A stretch of 64,000 bases of DNA from Vulcanimicrobiales bacterium. Its GTDB lineage: Bacteria > Vulcanimicrobiota > Vulcanimicrobiia > Vulcanimicrobiales > Vulcanimicrobiaceae. Where the stretch lies: the NCBI GenBank assembly GCA_038231455.1, contig JBBRLI010000012.1, forward strand, positions 1 through 64,000, read 5' to 3'. The position numbers and the translations under genes were made by a program. The notes under the pieces are model-generated. The model saw nothing but the letters and a program-made list of their open reading frames with translations. It ran no database searches and was not told where the DNA came from. Below are positions 28,532 through 39,396 of this stretch, piece after piece (position 1 is the first letter of the stretch; each line of letters begins with the position of its first letter).

Positions 28532-29554
28532 ATGAAACGTCTTGCCGCCCTCGCTGTTACGTCGCTCCTCGCTCTGTCCGCTTGCAGCGGCGGCGGGACG
28601 ACTACCCGTGCGCCCGGCGTAAACGCTTCATCGCCGACAAAGCAGATTCTCTCCGCGTACCGCGTGCCACTCGTGCACGTGGCTTCGGTCGATGCGGCTG
28701 CTGCCGCCGGTGCAAAACTGCAACGCGATGGAACCCGCGGAACGCAAGGCCTCGGCGGATTGCCGACGCTCGACGGATTGGTCGATACGACATTCGCCAT
28801 TGTCGACGCTCCGTACTTAGGCGACGGCGCAAAGGTCAACGTCGCGATCGTTGGCGTCCAGGCCGTTGGTGCCGACGGCGTGGCGTACAATATCGTAACG
28901 TACTCGAGCCCGGTCCTCGTGAACATGCTTGACTACAAATCAAGCGCCCTGGTTCTCGGACACAACCCGATCCCAAAACAGCAATATACAAAAATGCGGC
29001 TCCTCGTGCAAGGGACGGCCTCATCCGTGTATGCATTTGGGCAAAACGATAGCGCGAAGTTCGGATCGTACGATGCATCGCATATCTTCACAGCGGATAC
29101 GAGCGACACCTCAGCGATTGACTTCCCAATCCTCCTCGACGCCTCGAACAGCGCACCGACGATTCTGGCCGACTTCAATACCGTCGAATCGGTGACGATC
29201 GCCGGCAATGTCGCGCAGATCGGTTCGATCATCACCGCAGCCGTTTACGACAACTCGACGATTATCTCGGGCACCATCGTGAACAACGCCGGCAACCCGG
29301 TCAGCTCGGCGGTCATCGCAGCCATTGATGCCAGTGGCAACGTTGCGCAGACCACGATTACCGAGGCTGACGGCTCCTTCGAACTGCACGCGATCGTCGG
29401 CGCGTCGTACGGCCTGATCATTCACAACAGCTACACCACAAGAGCCGGCGATACGGTCCAGGCCAAAAATGCCGACGGCAGCGCCGACATGACCGGCCCA
29501 CACATAACGGCACCTCCCGGATATAAGGCCGACATCGGCAAAATCACCGACTAA
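28532..29554 (+). CDS. DUF4382-like lipoprotein (copy 2)
   Basis: Paralog of 25676-26698; near-identical N-terminus, divergent middle. Confidence 0.75.
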   Translation: MKRLAALAVTSLLALSACSGGGTTTRAPGVNASSPTKQILSAYRVPLVHVASVDAAAAAGAKLQRDGTRGTQGLGGLPTLDGLVDTTFAIVDAPYLGDGAKVNVAIVGVQAVGADGVAYNIVTYSSPVLVNMLDYKSSALVLGHNPIPKQQYTKMRLLVQGTASSVYAFGQNDSAKFGSYDASHIFTADTSDTSAIDFPILLDASNSAPTILADFNTVESVTIAGNVAQIGSIITAAVYDNSTIISGTIVNNAGNPVSSAVIAAIDASGNVAQTTITEADGSFELHAIVGASYGLIIHNSYTTRAGDTVQAKNADGSADMTGPHITAPPGYKADIGKITD

Positions 29555-29600
29555 TTCGAGCTCTCACTTAGTCACTTACCTTGCGGGAGTTTGAATGAGT

Positions 29601-31133
29601 ATGACGGAGATTATCGACCTTCGCGCTGCACTGGATGCAGCAAGAAGTGCGCTAAGGGCCGCCAGATATGACGAAGCGATGGATATTCTTCGCGGTTGTC
29701 AAGACTGGCCGGTCGATCTAGCCGAACACGCGGTTCTCGTTAAAGCCGACACCTTGATCCGCCGGGACGCTCCGGCGGCACTTGCCTGGCTTGCAGCGAC
29801 GCAAGACCTCACGATCACCGATGCAGCGCGCTTCGATCGCGAACTGCTCACCGGTCGCGCATACAGCAACGTTCGCAACTTCGATGCCGCGGCATCACGT
29901 TTCGCACGTGCGGCGAAACTGCTCGAAAAAGTCCCCACCGGGTCGCATAAACTCGCATACCAGAAAGCGCGCCTTGCCTGGATGCTGCGTGAAGCAACGC
30001 CGGACAACGCGGATCTTGCGCTCGCCCTTACGGATCCCGATCCGATCGGCCGCGCCGTCGCCTACGCCGCTCGTGGCTACATCGCCGGTACCGCCGGCGA
30101 CTTCGCCGCCCAAATCGCCGATCTCAAAACGGCACTCGAAATCGCCGAATCAACCGACGTGTACGACGTCGAACACGTTGCCGCCGCAATCTACGGACTA
30201 GCGACGATCTCGTTCGAAGTCGCCGATCAGTCCGGCGTGAATCGCGCCCGCCAAGCCTACGATCGTCTCGCGTGGACCGCCGACGTGCGCGTCCACCAAT
30301 ATAACGCGGTTCGATGCCTGGGTTGGGATGCGTTCATGCGCGGCGAACCCGCACGCGCCCAGTGGCTCTTCCACGACGCCGCCGCCATCGCACCCACGCC
30401 CGCCTGGCAGGCCCAAGCCCACCTCGATCGTGCGTATGTCGCACGCATCTCCAAGAACGACGCCTGGTCGCTCGACGAACTCCAAGAAGCCCTGAAAATC
30501 GCGCAAGGCGTTGCCTGGGGCGAAACGATCGGCGAGGAGCGTTTGGCCCTCGTGACGCTCGCGGTGCTTTTGGCTCCGGTAAACGCACCCGAAGCCCAGC
30601 GCTACGCCGCGACGTATGCCATGTTCGGCATGGAAAATATTAACCCGTACCTCGTCGCATCGAGCGATAAACGCACGGTGGGCTTCGGCAAATACACACA
30701 GGGCAAGATCGAACAGACCCTCGGGAACGCCGACCTCGCGCAAGAAGCGCTCGAGGCCGCCTACGCGATCTTCGCTCCGATCGGTCATCAGTACCAGGCG
30801 ATGCTCGCCGCGCAAGCCCTTGCCGACGTAACGAAAGACGCCGTTTGGGCCGATAAAGCTCGTATGCACAGTGCGGCGTATCCGGGCAGCCCGCTCACCA
30901 CTCACATGGCCGAATCGGCGAAGCCAAGCGATCCCGCGATCGAAGGACTCACGCCGTTCCAGCGTCAGCTTGCGCGCGCGCACTGGTCGGGCCTCAACCT
31001 CGATGCTTTATCGAAGCAGTTCAGCCGCAGCATGTATACGATCGAAGGGCAGATCGCCGAGATTTACGCGGCGTTCAACGTTGCGACGGCCGGCGGTTTG
31101 CGTGAGGAAGCGCTCCGGCGCGGCATCGCGTGA
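29601..31133 (+). CDS. TPR-like protein with LuxR-type HTH (copy 2)
   Basis: About 53 substitutions in 510 aa vs copy 1 (manual count). Confidence 0.75.
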   Translation: MTEIIDLRAALDAARSALRAARYDEAMDILRGCQDWPVDLAEHAVLVKADTLIRRDAPAALAWLAATQDLTITDAARFDRELLTGRAYSNVRNFDAAASRFARAAKLLEKVPTGSHKLAYQKARLAWMLREATPDNADLALALTDPDPIGRAVAYAARGYIAGTAGDFAAQIADLKTALEIAESTDVYDVEHVAAAIYGLATISFEVADQSGVNRARQAYDRLAWTADVRVHQYNAVRCLGWDAFMRGEPARAQWLFHDAAAIAPTPAWQAQAHLDRAYVARISKNDAWSLDELQEALKIAQGVAWGETIGEERLALVTLAVLLAPVNAPEAQRYAATYAMFGMENINPYLVASSDKRTVGFGKYTQGKIEQTLGNADLAQEALEAAYAIFAPIGHQYQAMLAAQALADVTKDAVWADKARMHSAAYPGSPLTTHMAESAKPSDPAIEGLTPFQRQLARAHWSGLNLDALSKQFSRSMYTIEGQIAEIYAAFNVATAGGLREEALRRGIA

Positions 31134-33256
31134 TCATCGGCGTCGGCGCGATCGCGCTTTTGGCTCTCATCACCGTCGGCGTGCTGATCTTTCGGGTCAG
31201 CGCGCTTTCGTCGTCGATGAAAACCGAGAGCTCGGCAGCGGACGATGCAAACGAGCGGCGCTATACGCTCCTCGAAGCGATTCCCGACGGTGTGTACATC
31301 ATCGATGCCGACGAGCGACTAACCCATATGAACGAGGAGGCAGAACGGCTTCTCCGATCGGAACCGGGTGCGTTCGTGGGACGTGCGATCGAGTCGATTC
31401 TCGATCCGCTCGCCTCGGATCTCATTCCGGAGATCCGCCTAGCACGCCAACAGCGCGAGATCATCTCGCGCGTTGTCTATTTCCGAGCCACCGGCTGGTG
31501 GGTAGAAATACGCATCAAGCCGGGTGCGAAAGAAACCGTCATTTACTTACGCGACGTCACGGTTCGTAAAAGTGCCGAAGCAAAACTCGTCGAGAGCGAA
31601 AGCCGCTTGCGACTCCTGATGGATCAGGTCCCCGCGGTGCTCTGGAGCGCCGACCGGTTAGGCTGTTTTGCATCGCTGTCGGGCGCGGGACTGCCGTCGC
31701 TCGGAATTCGCGAATCCGATCTGCTCGGCAAATCGTGCGCGAGCTTTCTCGGTGCCGAAGACGCGCTCACCTCGCTTTCCACCGTCTTTGAGGGGACGCC
31801 GGTCGAATTCGAATCGCGCCGCCGCGATCGCTGGCTGCGCCACCAGGTCGAGCCGCTCCGCGGTGCGGATGGCCGCGTGATCGGGGCCGTCGGCGTCTCG
31901 CTCGACATCACCGAGATCAAAGATACGCAGCGCCGCCTCGAAGCAATGGCCCGTCGCGACGCGCTTACGGGACTTCCCAATCGCCTCGCACTCGAAGAGC
32001 TGCTTTCCGCCGCGATCATGGGAGGACAACAAGAGCGCGAAGGCACGTTCTCGGCCGTCCTCTTCGTTGACCTCGACCGTTTTAAGACGATCAACGACAC
32101 GCTCGGCCATCGCGCCGGTGATGAAGTCTTGCGCATTGCGGCGGAGCGGATGCGCTCGAGCATCGGTGCTCGCGACGTCATCGCGCGTCAAGGCGGCGAT
32201 GAATTTATCGTGGTCCTGACCTCGACGACCTCACCGGACGATGTCGGCGCGGTTGCGGCACGCATCTTGCGCCGCTTTGCCGAGCCGATCATGCTCGACG
32301 GGCATCAGCTTTTCGTCGGTGCTAGCATCGGCGCGGCGCTCTCGCCGCAGCATGGCACGACCGCCGAGGAATTGATCAAGAACGCCGACGCTGCGATGTA
32401 TCGCGTTAAAGCCGGCGGCCGCGGAACCTTCGCATTTTATGAAGCGAGCATGGACGAAGCGGCACACGACCGTCTCGCACTCGAAGCAGAACTCCGCGTC
32501 GCGCTTCAAACCGACGGACTCCGTTTGCTCTTCCAGCCCATCATCGACGTGCCGACCGGACGTATCATGGGTGCCGAAGCGCTCATCCGTTGGAGCCATC
32601 GCACGCGCGGGGAGCTTGCTCCCGACCAGTTCATCCCGCTCGCCGAAGAGAGCGGCTTAATCATCGACATCACCAAATGGGTGTTGCGCCGCGCTTGCGC
32701 ATTTGCCGCAACCGTGCGTACGACGCGCCCGGATTTCCGCGTCAGCGTGAATTTCTCCGCACGCGATCTGCGCGAAGCAAACCTCGTCGAAACGGTCGAG
32801 GCGGAACTCGCGCATGCGGGACTCGACCCCGATGGCCTCGAGGTCGAGGTCACCGAGAACGTGTTCCTCGAAGACGAATCGATCGAACGACTCAAAGATT
32901 TGCGCAATCTCGGCGTACGAATCGCCGTCGATGACTTCGGCATCGCGTACAATTCGCTCGCCTACGTCAAACGTTTGCCGATCACGTCGCTCAAGATCGA
33001 CAAGTCATTCATGCATGACGTCATGGCGGACCGCTTCGATCAGGCGATCGTTAAGGCGATCGTCACACTCGGACTCACACTCGGCCTGCACGTCATTGCC
33101 GAAGGCGTCGAAACCGAAGCGCAGTGGTATTTCATGAAAGAACTTGGTTGCGGCCAAGCCCAAGGCTTCCACTTCAGCCGCGCCATCGAATCAACGGCAA
33201 TCCAGGCGATGTTCGACGTCCCCCCGAGCTTCGTGTCGCTGAGTAAATCCGCGTAG
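31130..33256 (+). CDS. Membrane-anchored PAS-PAS-GGDEF-EAL protein
   Basis: N-terminal TM helix; DALTGLPNR, DLDRFKTIND, GGDEF, AEALIRW, DDFG, LKID, EGVET; GTGA overlap with upstream gene. Confidence 0.95.
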   Translation: MIIGVGAIALLALITVGVLIFRVSALSSSMKTESSAADDANERRYTLLEAIPDGVYIIDADERLTHMNEEAERLLRSEPGAFVGRAIESILDPLASDLIPEIRLARQQREIISRVVYFRATGWWVEIRIKPGAKETVIYLRDVTVRKSAEAKLVESESRLRLLMDQVPAVLWSADRLGCFASLSGAGLPSLGIRESDLLGKSCASFLGAEDALTSLSTVFEGTPVEFESRRRDRWLRHQVEPLRGADGRVIGAVGVSLDITEIKDTQRRLEAMARRDALTGLPNRLALEELLSAAIMGGQQEREGTFSAVLFVDLDRFKTINDTLGHRAGDEVLRIAAERMRSSIGARDVIARQGGDEFIVVLTSTTSPDDVGAVAARILRRFAEPIMLDGHQLFVGASIGAALSPQHGTTAEELIKNADAAMYRVKAGGRGTFAFYEASMDEAAHDRLALEAELRVALQTDGLRLLFQPIIDVPTGRIMGAEALIRWSHRTRGELAPDQFIPLAEESGLIIDITKWVLRRACAFAATVRTTRPDFRVSVNFSARDLREANLVETVEAELAHAGLDPDGLEVEVTENVFLEDESIERLKDLRNLGVRIAVDDFGIAYNSLAYVKRLPITSLKIDKSFMHDVMADRFDQAIVKAIVTLGLTLGLHVIAEGVETEAQWYFMKELGCGQAQGFHFSRAIESTAIQAMFDVPPSFVSLSKSA

Positions 33257-33294
33257 GATCGATCGCTCGCAATGCGACACGTATCGCAGTCGCG

Positions 33295-33924
33295 ATGGCA
33301 GCGGCGTTCTTTGCTTTGGAACTCGGCGCAGATTCGGCCGCGATCCGGCCGCCCAACACGACGTACACGTATCAGTTTGTACGGGGCGGTGCGCCATTCG
33401 GCATATCGACGATCGTCGTGACGAGTTCGAATGCATTGGTACACGTTAACGAAAAAGCCACGATCGGCAGTGTGGCCGCCGACGTGCATTTCGATCTCGA
33501 TGAGACCTCACTCGCCCAGAGCGGCTACGCGGGATCGTTCGTCGTCCAAGGTCAGCAGACCGACGTAAAAATCACCCACGATGCAACCGATATCCTAACG
33601 ATTCGGGTGGGCGCAGATGCCGTTGCCGTGCACGCACTGGCCAGCGCACCAACCTTGCTAGTCGCCGATGACTTGGTCTCGGCGTTTGCGTTCATCCCGG
33701 CGATCGCAAAGCAGCGTCACCTCGGTGCGATCACCGAAGTCGTTCCCAATGGCTCGCGCGCGCTACGAGCCGACGTCGCGTTCGGCGAGCGTCCCGGGAC
33801 GCTCTCGATGATCGTCAACGGCCTGCATTTGGACTTTACATTCGACCCGAAAACGTTCGTCGTGAGCAACGTTCACGTCAACGAGCAAAACTTCGATATT
33901 CAGCTCGTTACGCCGCTTACCTAG
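33295..33924 (+). CDS. Hypothetical (probably exported) beta-rich protein
   Basis: Only long ORF filling the gap; plausible codon usage. Confidence 0.6.
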   Translation: MAAAFFALELGADSAAIRPPNTTYTYQFVRGGAPFGISTIVVTSSNALVHVNEKATIGSVAADVHFDLDETSLAQSGYAGSFVVQGQQTDVKITHDATDILTIRVGADAVAVHALASAPTLLVADDLVSAFAFIPAIAKQRHLGAITEVVPNGSRALRADVAFGERPGTLSMIVNGLHLDFTFDPKTFVVSNVHVNEQNFDIQLVTPLT

Positions 33925-35116
33925 ATTTTGCGAGTTCGATTTTCGCAATCGATGCGCGGTGGACTTCGTCCGGTCCATCGACGATCCGTAAGGTGCGCGC
34001 ATGCGCCCAAGCTTTCGCAAGAAAGAAATCTTGGCTGACGCCCGCAGCACCGTGCGCTTGAATCGCGCGGTCGATGACGCGCAGGACCACTTGCGGCGCG
34101 ACGACTTTGATCATCGCGATCTCCGCGCGAGCGGCTTTATTGCCAAGTTCGTCCATCATTTGCGCCGCATGTAAGGTGAGCAAGCGCGCCTGATCGATCT
34201 CGATGCGCGAGTCGGCAATCCATTCCATGATGACGCCCTGCTCAGCGAGCGGCTTGCCGAACGTGCGACGCGCCTTGACGCGCGCCACCATCGCTTCGAG
34301 CGCCCGTTCGGCAAGGCCGATCGCGCGCATGCAGTGATGGATACGTCCGGGACCGAGGCGCCCTTGAGCGATCTCGAAGCCGCGGCCTTCGCCGAGCAGT
34401 ACGCTTGTTTGCGGTACGCGGACGTTGTCGAAATGAATCTCGCAGTGACCGTGCGGCGCATCGTCATAACCGAAGACCGTTAGCGGCCGTACGATGGTCA
34501 CGCCCGGCGTCGCTGTCGGCACGAGCACCATCGACTGTTGCGCATGACGCGCGGCATTCGAATCGGTCTTGCCCATGAAAATGAGGATGTCGCAGCGCGG
34601 ATCGCCGGCACCCGAGGTCCACCACTTGCGGCCGTTAATGACATAATCGCTGCCGTCGCGCGCGATCGTCGCCTGAATGTTCGTTGCATCCGACGAGGCA
34701 ACGTCGGGTTCGGTCATCGCAAAGCCGCTGCGAATCTCTCCGCGCAGTAGCGGTTCGAGCCATCGCTTCTTCTGCTCGGCCGTGCCGTAACGCACGAGCA
34801 CTTCCATGTTTCCCGTATCGGGGGCGCCGCAGTTGAAGACTTCCGGTGCGATCGGCGAGCGGCCCATCACCTCGCAGAGCGGTGCGTATTCGCGATTTGT
34901 CAGCCCGGCGCCAAGATCGCTCTCCGGGAGAAACAGATTCCACAGTCCCGCCCCCCGCGCGCGCCCTTTGAGCGTCTCCATTACCGCGGGAATCGTCCAG
35001 CGCGATGCTGCAGCAGTGAGTTCGTGGTCGTAGATACGTTCGCTTGGATAGACGTGCTCGTCCATGAACGCGATGAGGCGTTCGCGCAGATCGGTTGCGC
35101 GCGACGAAACCATCAT
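33917..35116 (-). CDS. Acyl-CoA dehydrogenase
   Basis: [39 protein letters not shown]. Confidence 0.95.
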   Translation of the reverse strand: MMVSSRATDLRERLIAFMDEHVYPSERIYDHELTAAASRWTIPAVMETLKGRARGAGLWNLFLPESDLGAGLTNREYAPLCEVMGRSPIAPEVFNCGAPDTGNMEVLVRYGTAEQKKRWLEPLLRGEIRSGFAMTEPDVASSDATNIQATIARDGSDYVINGRKWWTSGAGDPRCDILIFMGKTDSNAARHAQQSMVLVPTATPGVTIVRPLTVFGYDDAPHGHCEIHFDNVRVPQTSVLLGEGRGFEIAQGRLGPGRIHHCMRAIGLAERALEAMVARVKARRTFGKPLAEQGVIMEWIADSRIEIDQARLLTLHAAQMMDELGNKAARAEIAMIKVVAPQVVLRVIDRAIQAHGAAGVSQDFFLAKAWAHARTLRIVDGPDEVHRASIAKIELAKSR

Positions 35117-36747
35117 TACGAGACGGCCAGCTCGTGCGCGAATCGTTCGCGCAGTGTCTTCTTCGAGATCTTTCCGGTTGCGGTGTGCGGCATTTCATCC
35201 ACGAATACCACATCATCCGGCATCCACCATTTCGCGATCTTGCCTTCGAGGTAGGCCAAGACGTCACCCGACTCGATCGCGCTGCCCGAACGCCGCACGA
35301 CGACGAGCGCCGGACGCTCCGACCACTTTGGATGCGGAATTGCGATTGCGGCCGCTTCGCTGATATCGGGATGACCGACCGCGGCGTTCTCGAGGTCGAT
35401 GGAACTGATCCACTCGCCGCCCGATTTGATCAGATCTTTGCTGCGGTCGTGGATCGTGAGATAGCCGTCGCGGTCGAGCGAGGCGATGTCGCCGGTGCGG
35501 AACCAGCCGTCCGCCGTAAACGAAAACGCGGTCGCTTCGGGGTTGTCGTAATAGGCACCGATCACCCACGCTCCGCGCACGTAGAGTTCGCCTTGCGATT
35601 CGCCGTCATCGGGGAGCCGATTCCCGTCGTCGTCGAGAATCTTCATGTCCACTCCGTAGACCATCCGCCCGGCTTTCATCTGCCATTTCAGGCGTTCAGG
35701 TGAAACGCGGTGATGCGGCTTGAGCGAACCCGTCGTACACACGGGGCTCGTTTCAGTCATACCCCAGCCGTGGATGACGATGATGCCGCGCGCCTCGTAC
35801 GCCTCGATCAGCGAAACGGGTGCGGCCGAGCCGCCGACGCGCAGCGAACCGAGCTTATTGAGATTCTTGCCGGTTTCGTTGAGATACGCGAGCATCCCGA
35901 GCCAGATTACCGGCACGGCTCCGGCCGCAGTTGCTTCTTCACCGTCCATCAGTTCGAAGAGACTCGCAGCGTCGTGCAGCGGCCCCGGAAGAATCAACTT
36001 TGCGCCCATCATCGGCGCGCAGTATGGAAATCCCCATGCGTTGACATGGAACATCGGTACGATCGGCATCAGCGCGCGCTGCTGCCCCGGTTTGACGTTC
36101 ATCATCTCGGCCATGCAGCCGCTAAAGGCGTGGAGCACGGTCGAGCGGTGCGAGTACATCGCTCCTTTTGGTTCGCCTGTCGTGCCCGAAGTGTAGCAAA
36201 GCGACGAGGCGCTGTTTTCATCGAACGACGGCCAGTCGATGTGCGCTTGCTGCTCGCCGATGAGCGTCTCGTAGCAATGAACGTTCGGCAGCGAGGTCGC
36301 AGGCATGTGCGCGGCATCGGTCATGATGATGAAGCCGCGAACGCGCGGAAGATGCGCGACCAGTTTCTCGACGAGCGAAACGAACGTCAGATCGAGGAAG
36401 ATCAGAACGTCGTCCGCGTGATTGACGATATAGGCGATTTGATCGGGATGCAAGCGCGGATTGATCGTATGGCAAACCGCGCCGATCCCCGAAATCGCGT
36501 AATACAGTTCGACGTGGCGATACGTGTTCCACGCAAGCGTGCCGACGCGTTCGCTCGGCCCGACGCCGAGCGAGAGCAGCGCGTTTGCAAGCTGCGCGGA
36601 ACGCGCCGCCGCTTCGCGATAGGTCTCGCGGTGAATCGGACCTTCGACGCTCCGCGAGACGATCTCGACATCACCGTGAAAACGCGCGGCATAGGTGATG
36701 ATCGAGCTGATCATCAGCGGGACGTCCATCATCATGCCGCGCATCAT
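35116..36747 (-). CDS. Fatty-acid/acyl-CoA ligase (AlkK/DmdB-like)
   Basis: [37 protein letters not shown]. Confidence 0.93.
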   Translation of the reverse strand: MMRGMMMDVPLMISSIITYAARFHGDVEIVSRSVEGPIHRETYREAAARSAQLANALLSLGVGPSERVGTLAWNTYRHVELYYAISGIGAVCHTINPRLHPDQIAYIVNHADDVLIFLDLTFVSLVEKLVAHLPRVRGFIIMTDAAHMPATSLPNVHCYETLIGEQQAHIDWPSFDENSASSLCYTSGTTGEPKGAMYSHRSTVLHAFSGCMAEMMNVKPGQQRALMPIVPMFHVNAWGFPYCAPMMGAKLILPGPLHDAASLFELMDGEEATAAGAVPVIWLGMLAYLNETGKNLNKLGSLRVGGSAAPVSLIEAYEARGIIVIHGWGMTETSPVCTTGSLKPHHRVSPERLKWQMKAGRMVYGVDMKILDDDGNRLPDDGESQGELYVRGAWVIGAYYDNPEATAFSFTADGWFRTGDIASLDRDGYLTIHDRSKDLIKSGGEWISSIDLENAAVGHPDISEAAAIAIPHPKWSERPALVVVRRSGSAIESGDVLAYLEGKIAKWWMPDDVVFVDEMPHTATGKISKKTLRERFAHELAVS

Positions 36748-36754
36748 CGTGAGG

Positions 36755-37921
36755 CTACTCCGTGAACGGGATCGGAAGCCGCTTGTACGTGCCTTTGTCG
36801 ATCACGGCTGCTTCGACGTCTTCGAGCAAGTGGCCGGCCTTCGAGACGCCCGTGAGCTTCGCTGGTTGGTACTTTGCGGGAAGGGTCTTCGCCGCTTCGT
36901 TCGCCTTTGCCATCACGGCTACGGGATCGGTGCTGTTCGCCAGGTCCATCGCGCGCGCGAGCACGTGCATCGCCATGTAGTTGTTACCAAGTTCGGAATT
37001 GGCTTCGTACGATTTGCCGTACTTTTTGAGGAAGGCGACGAGGAACTGATTGAGACCGGGCCCGTTGTAGCGGCGCAGCGGCAACACGCCGGTCGTGCCC
37101 TCAAGCTTTGCCAGCGGAACGACGCCGGTGATCTGGTCGAACTTCGCTTGATCCATCATAACAAAGCCGCCGGTGAAACCTTGGTCGCGCGCAGCTTTGA
37201 TCACGAGACCCGTTGGCTGCGAAGGCCCTCCGACGAAGATCACGTCGGGTTTATCCGCGAGCGTTTTGCTAACGGCCGTCGAGAAGTCGGCCGTCGTGTT
37301 GTAGTCGACGCCGTTGTTGCCGAGCACGGTGCCGCCGCTCTTGGTCCACTGCTCGCTAAAGCCTTTGGTCCACGCGTTGCCGTACGCAGTCGTCGTCGGG
37401 ATAAGACCGAGACGCTTCCCAAACTTCGCCATCGTGACTTCCGTAAACGGTTTAAAATAGGCATCGTATGAGGGCGGGATCATAAACGTACTGCCGTTAT
37501 TTTGCTTGAGAATTGCCGGCTCACTCGAGTACGCACCGAGGAGAAACTTCGGCGACTGCTTCTCGTTGAAGCCCTGGATCGCAAGAATGCCGCCCGAGTG
37601 CGAGCAGAAGACGATCGGCGCGTTTTCTTGCCCGGCCAGACGCTTTGCGTTCGTGGCCGCTTCGTTCGGACGGTAAGCATCGTCGAGCGGCACGAGCTTG
37701 AGGCGATTTTTCTTTCCGCCGACGCTCACGCCGCCGTCGGCGTTGATCTCATCGATCGCCATTTCAAGCCCGCGCTGCACGTCTTGCCCGTACTGCGCCG
37801 CACCGCCGCTGAGCGGTCCCGTGTAACCAATATTAATCGTTGAGGTGGTTTGAGCCGATGCACTAAGAGACATCGCGCCGATAAGCGCGATGCCAAGACC
37901 GATTCGCAGTTGACGTATCAT
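36755..37921 (-). CDS. Branched-chain-type ABC transporter substrate-binding protein
   Basis: Signal peptide; IGYTGPLSGGAAQYG, AIDEINADGG; GGAGG RBS. Confidence 0.9.
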   Translation of the reverse strand: MIRQLRIGLGIALIGAMSLSASAQTTSTINIGYTGPLSGGAAQYGQDVQRGLEMAIDEINADGGVSVGGKKNRLKLVPLDDAYRPNEAATNAKRLAGQENAPIVFCSHSGGILAIQGFNEKQSPKFLLGAYSSEPAILKQNNGSTFMIPPSYDAYFKPFTEVTMAKFGKRLGLIPTTTAYGNAWTKGFSEQWTKSGGTVLGNNGVDYNTTADFSTAVSKTLADKPDVIFVGGPSQPTGLVIKAARDQGFTGGFVMMDQAKFDQITGVVPLAKLEGTTGVLPLRRYNGPGLNQFLVAFLKKYGKSYEANSELGNNYMAMHVLARAMDLANSTDPVAVMAKANEAAKTLPAKYQPAKLTGVSKAGHLLEDVEAAVIDKGTYKRLPIPFTE

Positions 37922-37934
37922 TCGATTCCCTCCG

Positions 37935-38639
37935 TTATGCGCCGATGAAGGCTTTTCTGACAAGCTCGTTTGCCTGGAGTGCGCTCGCCGAGCCTTCGAG
38001 CACGACCCGACCGTCGGACAACACGTAGCCGCGATGCGCAATCGAAAGCGCGGCGTACGCATTTTGTTCTGCGAGAAGCACCATCGTGCCGTCGCGGTTG
38101 ATCGCTGCGACTGCCTCGAGCATCGCTTGCACCACTTTTGGCGCAAGGCCGAGCGAGGGTTCGTCGAGCAGCAAGAGTTTGGGTCGCGCCATGAGTGCGC
38201 GTCCGATCGCGACCATCTGCTGCTGTCCGCCGGAAAGCGATCCGGCGGATACGTTCAACTTCGGTCGAATTGCCGGGAAGAGATCGAGCACGCGCGCGAG
38301 TGAGGCATCGGCATCGCCACGCAGATGCCGGCGTACGTAGGCGCCGAGCCGTAAATTTTTCTCGACCGACAGGTCGGGAAAGAGATTGCGGCCTTCGGGA
38401 CACTGTGCGATACCAAGCGCGACGATCTCGTCGCTGCGCATGCCGCGAATTGCGCGACCGTTGAACGTGATCTCACCGGTCGATGGAACAAGACCACTGA
38501 GCGCGGCAAAAAGCGACGTCTTGCCCGAACCGTTCGCGCCAAGCAGCGTGATCAGCTCGCCCTCGGCGATCGTGAAATCGACCGCGTCGATGGCCGGTGC
38601 ATCGCCGTAACGAACACCGAGTTTGCGCACTTCAAGCAT
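37935..38639 (-). CDS. livF: ABC ATPase (LivF-like)
   Basis: [30 protein letters not shown]. Confidence 0.9.
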   Translation of the reverse strand: MLEVRKLGVRYGDAPAIDAVDFTIAEGELITLLGANGSGKTSLFAALSGLVPSTGEITFNGRAIRGMRSDEIVALGIAQCPEGRNLFPDLSVEKNLRLGAYVRRHLRGDADASLARVLDLFPAIRPKLNVSAGSLSGGQQQMVAIGRALMARPKLLLLDEPSLGLAPKVVQAMLEAVAAINRDGTMVLLAEQNAYAALSIAHRGYVLSDGRVVLEGSASALQANELVRKAFIGA

Positions 38640-39396
38640 GCGTCGCCGCTCCGAGATAGGCATCGATGACCGCCGGATCGGCTTGCACGTGCGCGGGCGT
38701 TCCATCAGCGATTTTCGCACCGTGGTGGAGCACGATGACACGCTCGGCGATGCCCATCACCAGACTCATTTTGTGCTCGACCAAACAGACGGTAAAGCCG
38801 GCCTTCGCCATGGCAAGAATCAGGTCGGCATGCTCGACCGTTTCTTCGGAGGTAACGCCCGCCGCCGGTTCGTCCAACAGCACGAGTTTGGGTTTGCTGG
38901 CGACAGCGATTGCGATCGCGAGCCGCTTTTGCGCCTCCTGCGGGATCGAGCCGGCAATACGGTCGGCATAACGCTCGATTCCGGCAAAGCGCAAGGCCTC
39001 GTAGGCCGCCTCGCAACTCTCGCGTTCTTCACGCCGCGCGCGCGGCGTTCGCAGAAGCGCATCGAAGAGACCGCTCTGCGTATGCATGCGGTACCCGACG
39101 ATGGCATTGTCGAGCACGCTTGCATTTCGAAAAAGGCTCGTCGTTTGGAAGGTGCGCGCGATCCCAAGCCGTGCGATTTCGTGCGTCGCACGATGCGTGA
39201 TGTCGACGCCCTCGAAGACGAGCTGCCCCGAGGTCACCGGATAATAGCCCGAGATCAGATTGAAGCACGTCGACTTGCCCGCGCCGTTGGGTCCGATCAG
39301 TGCGACGATGGAACCGCGCTCGATCGTGAAGCTGACATCGTCAACGGCGGTAAGTCCGCCGAAGCGTTTCGTGATGCCGCTGACGGTAAGCAGCAT
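38632..39396 (-). CDS. livG: ABC ATPase (LivG-like)
   Basis: [33 protein letters not shown]. Confidence 0.9.
   Translation of the reverse strand: MLLTVSGITKRFGGLTAVDDVSFTIERGSIVALIGPNGAGKSTCFNLISGYYPVTSGQLVFEGVDITHRATHEIARLGIARTFQTTSLFRNASVLDNAIVGYRMHTQSGLFDALLRTPRARREERESCEAAYEALRFAGIERYADRIAGSIPQEAQKRLAIAIAVASKPKLVLLDEPAAGVTSEETVEHADLILAMAKAGFTVCLVEHKMSLVMGIAERVIVLHHGAKIADGTPAHVQADPAVIDAYLGAATHA

Noticed and set aside
25676-29554. Diversity-generating retroelement behind the paralog variation
   Set aside because: No reverse transcriptase or TR/VR pair; differences are not adenine-restricted
32930-32955. EAL domain inactive because of DDFGIAYN loop
   Set aside because: EAL, DDFG, KID and EGVE residues are present; the loop change alone does not support a degenerate call
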